This document shows positions 1-7,014 of a DNA stretch of 64,000 bases, piece after piece (the first letter of the stretch is position 1; every line of letters begins with the position of its first letter). The DNA lies in IMG/VR virus record IMGVR_UViG_3300008262_000047; one strand, 5' to 3'. Source of the DNA: a virus. The notes under the pieces were generated by a model, which had not been told where the DNA came from, made no database searches, and saw only the letters and a list, made by a program, of their open reading frames with translations. A program made the translations under genes and the position numbers.

Positions 1-616
1 CATCCATCATGGTAAGACGCTTTTCTTCAGGTTCTTGCATCTTGTTCTGTATTTCTTCAGACAACTTTTTCTGCGTTTCTAGAGACTTTGTTAAGCGTTC
101 TTTATCTTTCTTCAATGTTGTTAATTCCACAACACGCGCTTCAAGGTCTCTCTTGATTTCTTCTTTTTCTTTCTCTGTGACAGTTTTATCTTCTTGTGCC
201 TTTTCTTGCCAGTATTTCAGATAACGAACTTCTTCTTCTTTACTTTCCACTTCTTTCTCATTGACGACAATATCCTTCTCCACCTTTTCTGTTTGCTTTT
301 CGGTTTGTACAACCATTTTTGCAAACATGGTTCGTAATTCTTCTCTGTCTTTGGTTGTATCACCTTGACTGGTTGCCATTTTTTTCAAGGCGTTAAGCAT
401 GTCTTGAAAAATCTTCTTCTGTTCATCTGAAAAGTCTACTTCGTTTTGAACAGATAAGTTTTCAATTATTGAACCAATACTGGTTGACATTTGCCCAGCA
501 AATTCCATGTTTCTTTGCAAGTTGTCAGCAGGCGAGGTTTTTAACATACTTGCCTGTAGATTTTTTGCAATCTCATCCTTTGTTTTATTTGCCTTGGGCT
601 TACTTTTACGAGCCAT
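1..616 (-). CDS. Coiled-coil protein, N-terminal part (runs off the window); candidate tape measure / gp29-like hub protein
   Basis: Not in the ORF track. Hand translation from ATG at 616 (AGGA upstream): MARKSKPKANKTKDEIAKNLQASML...EEIKRDLEARVVELTTLKKDKERLTKSLETQKKLSEEIQNKMQ, open to the window edge and E/K-rich helical. Follows the chaperone-like genes. Confidence 0.6.
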   Translation of the reverse strand, partial: MARKSKPKANKTKDEIAKNLQASMLKTSPADNLQRNMEFAGQMSTSIGSIIENLSVQNEVDFSDEQKKIFQDMLNALKKMATSQGDTTKDREELRTMFAKMVVQTEKQTEKVEKDIVVNEKEVESKEEEVRYLKYWQEKAQEDKTVTEKEKEEIKRDLEARVVELTTLKKDKERLTKSLETQKKLSEEIQNKMQEPEEKRLTMMD

Positions 617-628
617 GGTGGATTCCTA

Positions 629-811
629 TTAGTATTGTTGATTCTTTTTTTGAGCCTTTTTTTCTAAATGACGTATTAACATACCAACGTACACATCTCT
701 TTCCCATGGCATCATATTCTCTAGCTCAGATAAAGAATATTGATGTTCTTGCATCAATATGAAATTTGTTTCGTAATAATTGATGACAGAATCATGAGAA
801 AGAGTTAAACG
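629..811 (-). CDS. gp51-like small baseplate hub assembly ORF; probably the -1 frameshift extension of the upstream gp26-like gene
   Basis: Hand translation: RLTLSHDSVINYYETNFILMQEHQYSLSELENMMPWERDVYVGMLIRHLEKKAQKKNQQY*. The YSLSELENMMPWER motif is typical of small gp51-like ORFs in T4-like phages. Confidence 0.75.
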   Translation of the reverse strand, partial: RLTLSHDSVINYYETNFILMQEHQYSLSELENMMPWERDVYVGMLIRHLEKKAQKKNQQY

Positions 812-1503
812 AAAAAATTGACTATCTCATTGATGTTTACAATATTATTTCTTGCACACTTTGGGCATGCAAAACGAATATCGTGATGAATTGCTGGCAT
901 TGTGTCAAAAAACAATTTCATCATTTCAAACTGTGTACTTGTCACATTGTCAACAAATTCACGAAAATCTTCTTGTGTAGCATTTTCTCTGTTGTATACT
1001 TCTTCGTTCGTCTGAATAGTTTCAATACAGTGTGCCACCATATCGTAGATGTCATCAACCGTAGCATCTGGATTTGATAACAATGCCAAATGTTCAATTT
1101 TTGGATATCGCATCATCACAATTAAATCTTTCGATAACTCTAACCGATTGGTATGATGTTCATTGTATAACACTTCCACTTGATTGATATCAATTGTTGA
1201 TGATGTTGAATGTTTACAATTACCACAGATGAGATTAAATTCAATGATTTCACCCACAGATTTTCCACGTATTTCTAAAAATAATTTCTGTACGTCAACC
1301 ATAGAATGAGTATCACATGACACTGTTCCGTTTGTACACGCCAATACAGCTTCATTTAATGCACGCAACACGGCATTTCTATCACCACTTTCAGATGCCA
1401 ATAACAATAATTTTTCTTCTCTCATGACAAACGGACGAAACGTCACTTTTTGTTTTGACACGGGTAATGTAGTTTCAAAAGTTGGTAAATGATTTATTTT
1501 CAT
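805..1503 (-). CDS. gp26: Baseplate hub assembly protein / chaperone, gp26-like
   Basis: LPVSKQKVTFRPFVMREEKLLL and LFLEIRGKSVGE motifs, two CxxC pairs, C-terminal NFF. Confidence 0.85.
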   Translation of the reverse strand: MKINHLPTFETTLPVSKQKVTFRPFVMREEKLLLLASESGDRNAVLRALNEAVLACTNGTVSCDTHSMVDVQKLFLEIRGKSVGEIIEFNLICGNCKHSTSSTIDINQVEVLYNEHHTNRLELSKDLIVMMRYPKIEHLALLSNPDATVDDIYDMVAHCIETIQTNEEVYNRENATQEDFREFVDNVTSTQFEMMKLFFDTMPAIHHDIRFACPKCARNNIVNINEIVNFFV

Positions 1504-1511
1504 AATTTATC

Positions 1512-2075
1512 CTATGTTGTAATGTTTTCAACCGTCCAATATTTATAGGCAAATCCAATATTCAAACGATGAATTCCTACAGCAGAATATGATGTCTGCA
1601 TCAAATTCATTGACTTAGGAAATGCCTCATGCAATTTCACTTTATATCGTGTTGTTTCTTTGTATCCCTGAACAGGCGTGGGACCAATGGGACCTTCATG
1701 TACAGCTTCAATAATGATGTCACCGATGATGTCTCTGTATGGTGCCACTTCACGGGAAGTGCCAATAATGGCATTCATCCAATCATCAAAAAACTTTTTC
1801 ACCTTCCATTCAGAGTCTACAAAAAATGTAAAGTTGGCTGACTCTCCAAAAAAGTCAACCGCAGAAGGACGTTGAATGTTTAGATTGTGTATTCGTGCTG
1901 GTCGTGTAATAATGGTTTTACCCGGAAACGCGGCTTCTTCACAAAACAATGTGAGTAGCTGGTCAGCGGGTGCTGTAACTATGTTGGGTTTGGAAACAAT
2001 AGTTACAGAAAATTTTTCAGATTTTGCCAATCCTTTGGCACGTACTACTGTGAGAAAATTTTCTATACTAGGCAT
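1512..2075 (-). CDS. Tail tube-like protein / baseplate tail tube initiator (gp54/gp19 family)
   Basis: CEEAAFPG, FFDDWMNAI, LHEAFP and FAYKYW motifs of the tail-tube fold; similar in pattern to gp19 at 46239. Confidence 0.75.
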   Translation of the reverse strand: MPSIENFLTVVRAKGLAKSEKFSVTIVSKPNIVTAPADQLLTLFCEEAAFPGKTIITRPARIHNLNIQRPSAVDFFGESANFTFFVDSEWKVKKFFDDWMNAIIGTSREVAPYRDIIGDIIIEAVHEGPIGPTPVQGYKETTRYKVKLHEAFPKSMNLMQTSYSAVGIHRLNIGFAYKYWTVENITT

Positions 2076-2655
2076 CTATGTTTTGTTTGGAGAGTTGATA
2101 GACAGATGATTTAGTTTCTCCTTGGAATGATTCAACAGGAAGAAATATAGCAGCACGCCAATCTTGAGGATTTATCTCAAGGAAACGAGATTGTATATTG
2201 GGATATAGATATCGTTTCACACAAGGTTTTGCTTCTGGGAACCGAGAAAAATTCCCAATAATATTCCAAGACATACGGAGTTGTGTGGTATTTGAAATGG
2301 TGGGTTTATCCGCCAATTTCATTAGTTCATCTAACAACTTCATACGCAAGAGTGGTGGTAGATAATGTAAGTTCAATCCCAAGAACCCCCCTTTAATCAC
2401 GTTGAAGGGCATCACCAAGGGAAACTCATCATAATAGGGAAGTTTTGCTGCCATTTTAGGATTATACATGAACAAGTACATTCGTCCAGGTTCTATGTTA
2501 CTTGTCAACTTACCTATGCCCGATTCCAATGCCTTGTTCGCAGTCATGGTATTCAATCCCAACTTTCGTATTTGCGCTTGATACCATTGGTAGGATTTCA
2601 CACCCTTCCCATCAGGTCTCATTTGCTCAAATGGATTCTGTTTCTTAGATTTCAT
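2068..2655 (-). CDS. gp2: DNA end protector protein
   Basis: GRMYLFMYNPK...LPYYDEFPLV...GFLGLNLHYLPP...CVKRYL...AIFLPVESF. Confidence 0.9.
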   Translation of the reverse strand: MKSKKQNPFEQMRPDGKGVKSYQWYQAQIRKLGLNTMTANKALESGIGKLTSNIEPGRMYLFMYNPKMAAKLPYYDEFPLVMPFNVIKGGFLGLNLHYLPPLLRMKLLDELMKLADKPTISNTTQLRMSWNIIGNFSRFPEAKPCVKRYLYPNIQSRFLEINPQDWRAAIFLPVESFQGETKSSVYQLSKQNIDA

Positions 2656-2674
2656 AAAGTGGTGAAATTGGGGG

Positions 2675-2730
2675 CTTGACTACTACTTGACAAGGTGATA
2701 AATTCACTATGTTAGGGATGAATAGATAAT
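2675..2730. repeat. Conserved non-coding element, copy 1 (gp2 leader)
   Basis: 46/56 ungapped identity to the reverse complement of 53596..53651 (manual alignment). Confidence 0.85.
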
Positions 2731-2737
2731 TCTGTTA

Positions 2738-3205
2738 CTATTTATCTCTGTTCTGTAAAAGCCCTAAGTCTTTCTCCGTGATGAGCATAAATTCCCATCC
2801 GTATTGAGCAGCAGCTTTACGCGCCGCTTCCCATTTGGCATTGTTCACAGCCCATTGTACAACCTCACTAATAAATCGCTTCGTTTTTTTACTAGGGATT
2901 TGAGGTTCTTGCGTGAATCGAAATGGCTTCACTTCAATCAAATACTTTTTTATAGTACCATTCTTAGTTTTTACTTTGATGAAGAAATCCACAAAATATC
3001 GGTGAATTTTATTGTCTACTGGGCTTAAATATGGGACGACAATTTCTTCTGATCCCCATTCTATTACACCTTCGTTGAAATCACACCATTTCATAAATCG
3101 CACTTCATAACTGCTACGATAAATGATGTTTGTGACATCCCCACGATATTTGCGGGGATTTTTTGGTGTATATTTGCCTTTGTATGTATCTTTAGTATAA
3201 GCCAT
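2738..3205 (-). CDS. gp4: Head completion nuclease (TnsA-like PD-(D/E)xK)
   Basis: YKGKYTPKNPRKYRGD, YRSSYE, WGSEE, HRYFVDF, IEVKP, NNAKWEAA. Confidence 0.93.
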   Translation of the reverse strand: MAYTKDTYKGKYTPKNPRKYRGDVTNIIYRSSYEVRFMKWCDFNEGVIEWGSEEIVVPYLSPVDNKIHRYFVDFFIKVKTKNGTIKKYLIEVKPFRFTQEPQIPSKKTKRFISEVVQWAVNNAKWEAARKAAAQYGWEFMLITEKDLGLLQNRDK

Positions 3206-3212
3206 ATAAATA
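3205..3212 (+). promoter_or_regulatory. T4-type late promoter TATAAATA (baseplate operon)
   Basis: Exact TATAAATA ~30 nt upstream of gp48; gp55 is encoded in the window. Confidence 0.75.
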
Positions 3213-3243
3213 ATAGGTAAACGTTCTTCACGGGATTATTTAG

Positions 3244-4365
3244 ATGGCGCAAATTCCATTAGCACCAAACAGAAACAGAGATGCCACACAGGATTCAAGT
3301 GTCCGCCAACAGCGCATCCCAGAAGGATACCGCGAGGCGTTAACACAAGGTGCCATTCGTCAGAATGAGTCACGAAACACATTTCGTTCAACCCAACAAC
3401 TTCGATATCCCAAAGAAACCGGATTGTTAGCAGAACAACCCCATTGGTTGAAAATTCTTATTCGCGTGCGTGAACAAAATAGCCAAGCCACTGGAGGCAA
3501 TGTTGTGGGTGGCACATATACAGAAACAAGTGCTCGTAGAGTTAGTGGTGAAAATGCTACAGCAATAGCAGCAACTGTGGGAGCGGCATCGGGAGCCTCA
3601 CGCCCTACAGGGGGATTAATCGGAAAAATCCCATTACTAAATTTTGCAACTAAGGCGGTGAAGGGTGTGACGGGCGCAGCAGCAGGTGCCTTGGCAACCG
3701 CCGCATCAGGTAGTAACAAATCAACAACATTATCAACATCAATATGTTTAGGCTTACAAGAACCCCCAAAAGCTGATTATTCTGTGGAATGGGAAGAACA
3801 AGCATTGGGTTCTGTGTTGAGTGGGGGTAGTCAAGGATTGTTTAATACGGCAAAAGGTTTGGCGGGTGAAACATTACGTAGACAGATTAATCCGGGTAAG
3901 ATAGGTGAAATTGCAGGCGTTGACCAAGCGGCAGCAACTGCTGCTGTAGATAAATCGTTAGGAAAAATTCGTAATCCTTATCGTGAACAAATTTTCAAAC
4001 AAGTGAATTTTCGAGAATTCACCTTTGAGTATACATTCTTACCTGAAAGTGTGCAAGAAGCAGAACAGGTTTTAGCAATATTAAAAGTTCTTCGTCAAAA
4101 CATGTTACCCGAAGTTGCACAAAATAGTTTCTATATGATATATCCTGCAGAATTCTCATTGTATTACATGTACAAAGAAAACATCAATCCCCATGTGCAC
4201 CAATTCAGTGATTGTGTACTCACTTCAATGTCAGTGAAATATGGTGGTCAAGATTTCGTGACGTTTAAAGGGACGCCAGGATTGCCCGCTGAAGTTACCA
4301 TGACATTGAAGTTTAAGGAAATTGTTCCCATCACAGGTGATAGAGTTTACGGAGAAAATCTATAA
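3244..4365 (+). CDS. gp48: Baseplate tail tube cap
   Basis: LRYP, NPYREQIFKQVNFREFTFEYTFLPES, YPAEF, CVLTSMSVKY, LKFKE; synteny with gp53. Confidence 0.85.
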   Translation: MAQIPLAPNRNRDATQDSSVRQQRIPEGYREALTQGAIRQNESRNTFRSTQQLRYPKETGLLAEQPHWLKILIRVREQNSQATGGNVVGGTYTETSARRVSGENATAIAATVGAASGASRPTGGLIGKIPLLNFATKAVKGVTGAAAGALATAASGSNKSTTLSTSICLGLQEPPKADYSVEWEEQALGSVLSGGSQGLFNTAKGLAGETLRRQINPGKIGEIAGVDQAAATAAVDKSLGKIRNPYREQIFKQVNFREFTFEYTFLPESVQEAEQVLAILKVLRQNMLPEVAQNSFYMIYPAEFSLYYMYKENINPHVHQFSDCVLTSMSVKYGGQDFVTFKGTPGLPAEVTMTLKFKEIVPITGDRVYGENL

Positions 4366-5114
4366 TGCTACGAGGACTGCCACAAATTGTTGTACCAGTT
4401 TCAACATTTACTGGAACTGATACACAACTATCCGGTGTGATTACCATCACGGAAAAGCAGATTACAGGAGTCAATACAAAGTTCATTGAAGAAATTGTAA
4501 TTGGTGCTGAGTTATATGTTAATGATGTTATGGTGGGCATCATCTCTCGCATTGAATCAGATGTGTTATGTTTTCTAGAAGAACCTGCATCTGATACATA
4601 TACAGGTGTTGCAACAATTCGAAATTTTCAAGTAAGTGATACAGGACGTCCAATTACAATATCAGACATCTTGTATCGCATTGCAATCAATAAAGACTTT
4701 TCACGCAAAGCATCTTTTTTGATGCCCTATACTGTAGTTGAAGGTGATACACCTGAAATTGTTTCCTTTAAGTTTTATGGGACACCATTATATCATTGGG
4801 TAATCCTAATCATCAATGACATTGTGAATCCCCGCGAAGAATGGCCCTTGTCAGAAAAACAACTACTAGAAAAAATTGCACTACAGTATCCTGATGATTT
4901 ACCATCCGATGTGTATGAGTGGAGAGAAATAAATTATGGATACGTTGTAGATTATAACGCAGGATTGGCGGCGCAACAACAAATATATTCTGTTTCAATC
5001 TATGATTATGAAACAGAAAAAAATGAAGCAAAGCGTACCATTAAGGTACTAGACCCCAATTTCATTACTGATTTCATTACAGCATATTCACGAGCATATA
5101 CTGATATAACATAA
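4365..5114 (+). CDS. gp53: Baseplate wedge protein (LysM-like) with extra N-terminal beta domain
   Basis: YTVVEGDTPEIVSFKFYGTPLYHWVILIINDIVNPREEWP; YDYETEKNEAKRTIKVL. Confidence 0.88.
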   Translation: MLRGLPQIVVPVSTFTGTDTQLSGVITITEKQITGVNTKFIEEIVIGAELYVNDVMVGIISRIESDVLCFLEEPASDTYTGVATIRNFQVSDTGRPITISDILYRIAINKDFSRKASFLMPYTVVEGDTPEIVSFKFYGTPLYHWVILIINDIVNPREEWPLSEKQLLEKIALQYPDDLPSDVYEWREINYGYVVDYNAGLAAQQQIYSVSIYDYETEKNEAKRTIKVLDPNFITDFITAYSRAYTDIT

Positions 5115-5116
5115 TT

Positions 5117-6529
5117 ATGGCAAATCCTATAGATGCCCCAGCGTTAAATCCTGGGTCTGTTAACATTAAAGAGGTCACATTGTTCAAGGCGGGACAGGAA
5201 TATCCATTAAAGGATTTCATTGTTGAACTATCTGTGTTTGAAGATATGTTTTCCAATACCATGTCAGCTACAATGATTTTATCTGACGGATTAAATTTGG
5301 TGGGATCACTTCCTATTACAGGCGGTGAGATTATTAATATTTCATATACTGTACCAGGATTTGAAGATTCACAAATTTTTGGTCGTGCCTTTTATGTGTT
5401 TGCTGTTCGTGATAGATTTCCCTCAAGCACAGACCGTCAACAAATGTACATGTTATCTCTCATGTCATTGGAAGCAGCTGTAGATTCTGTTACTGTTGTT
5501 TCAAAAAAATATACAGGTAAACCTAGTGAAATTGCAAAACAGATATTTGATGAATATCTTTCAATGCCTCGTTTTTGGAGCAAAGAGTACGATATGCCTG
5601 CTGGATTAAGTGACGAAGAAACATTGACACGTCCTGCATGGAAAAAATCAGTACCGCAGCAAAATAGAACATCATTACAATTGATGCCAAACTCAGAGTC
5701 TAAAAATAAAGTTACCTGGGTTGTACCCATGTGGAGTCCAATGAAGTGTATCAATTGGTTGGCAAATCGTCATCTCGATGAAGGTAGTAAAGCAGCCAAC
5801 ACCTTGGCATGGGAATCATCACAACAATTTTATTTTGCGACTGTTGATAGCATATTCAAAGCTCAAGAAAATGTGAATGAGCGCAAGGTGTATTATTACG
5901 GATTTGATGATGCCATGATTGAACGTATTACAAAAAATAATTCTACAAAAAATACGTTGATAGAAGGATACAAGAAGGTGGAAAATGTTGCCATACCCAC
6001 AAACTATGACATTCTTCGTAGTCAAGAAATGGGACATTATTCATCAACAATGCACGTGTTCGATGTGGTCACTAAAAAGTATGATGAATATGTGTTTGAT
6101 TACATCAACAACTATTCACAGTTTGAACACTTACATGGCAAAACAAATCCCACGTTTCCGTCACAACAACTACGAAATGTTCATTCATATGTAACATTCC
6201 GTCCTAAGCATAAGAAAATTTTCAATGATTTTGAAGACCCAAAATTTGAAGATTGGGTTCTACAGAGAACAAGTTTACTATACGATATTAGTAATTTGAA
6301 AATTGAAATCACAGTTCCTGGTTTGGCAGGAACACAGGCAGGTGAAGTTGTACAATTCTATTATCCAAAAATGGCAGCAAAGGGTAGTGATGAAAATGTT
6401 GAGAATTTGATTGATAGATATCTATCAGGAAGTTATCTGGTGACTGCTGTACGTCATATTATTGCGCGAGATAAGTATACAATGAAATTGGAAATGGTAA
6501 AAGAATCACTTGCTTCAGGATTAGGATAA
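5117..6529 (+). CDS. Baseplate hub protein (gp27/phage late control D-like)
   Basis: Lies between gp53 and gp5; FEDMFSNTMS, LPITGGE and YLSGSYLVTAVRHII motifs. Confidence 0.7.
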   Translation: MANPIDAPALNPGSVNIKEVTLFKAGQEYPLKDFIVELSVFEDMFSNTMSATMILSDGLNLVGSLPITGGEIINISYTVPGFEDSQIFGRAFYVFAVRDRFPSSTDRQQMYMLSLMSLEAAVDSVTVVSKKYTGKPSEIAKQIFDEYLSMPRFWSKEYDMPAGLSDEETLTRPAWKKSVPQQNRTSLQLMPNSESKNKVTWVVPMWSPMKCINWLANRHLDEGSKAANTLAWESSQQFYFATVDSIFKAQENVNERKVYYYGFDDAMIERITKNNSTKNTLIEGYKKVENVAIPTNYDILRSQEMGHYSSTMHVFDVVTKKYDEYVFDYINNYSQFEHLHGKTNPTFPSQQLRNVHSYVTFRPKHKKIFNDFEDPKFEDWVLQRTSLLYDISNLKIEITVPGLAGTQAGEVVQFYYPKMAAKGSDENVENLIDRYLSGSYLVTAVRHIIARDKYTMKLEMVKESLASGLG

Positions 6530-7014
6530 TGCATACAAATGTATATAATAATGGGGGCTTCTATTGGTTCATGGGTGTTGTGGAAGATAGACAAGACCCT
6601 GAGGCACTAGGAAGATGTCGTGTTCGTATTGTGGGATATCATAATCCCGACAAAACTATTTTGCCTACTGAAGATTTACCGTGGGCAATACCTCTTATGC
6701 CCATGACATCAGCTTCTATTTCAGGAACAGGACATGCACCTGTGGGTCCTGTAGAAGGAACATGGGTAATGGGATTTTTCCTTGACGGTGATGAATGTCA
6801 GTTGCCTGTCATGTTAGGCACATTCCCGGGACGTGCTGAGCCGGTCAACTTGGTAACATTACTACAAAAACTTGCCGAAGCATTATCAAAAACTCTTACA
6901 TTACCTACAACTGGGTTGTCCAGTTTGGCAATTCCTACTGTGAATGTATTGGCCACCAATGAGACTCAACGAAATGATGCCTTAAATAACAGCGTTACGG
7001 TACAAGAATCATGA
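6529..7014 (+). CDS. gp5: gp5 N-terminal OB-fold domain, encoded separately
   Basis: WFMGVVEDRQDPEALGRCRVRIVGYH...LPTEDLPWA...GTWVMGFFLDG...PVMLG. Confidence 0.88.
   Translation: MHTNVYNNGGFYWFMGVVEDRQDPEALGRCRVRIVGYHNPDKTILPTEDLPWAIPLMPMTSASISGTGHAPVGPVEGTWVMGFFLDGDECQLPVMLGTFPGRAEPVNLVTLLQKLAEALSKTLTLPTTGLSSLAIPTVNVLATNETQRNDALNNSVTVQES

Noticed and set aside
9-762. Plus-strand ORFs 9..224 and 469..762
   Set aside because: They are antisense to the better-supported minus-strand coding frames.
2738-3205. TnsA-like nuclease as a transposon or homing endonuclease
   Set aside because: Motifs and position match the core T4 head-completion protein gp4; no element ends are visible.
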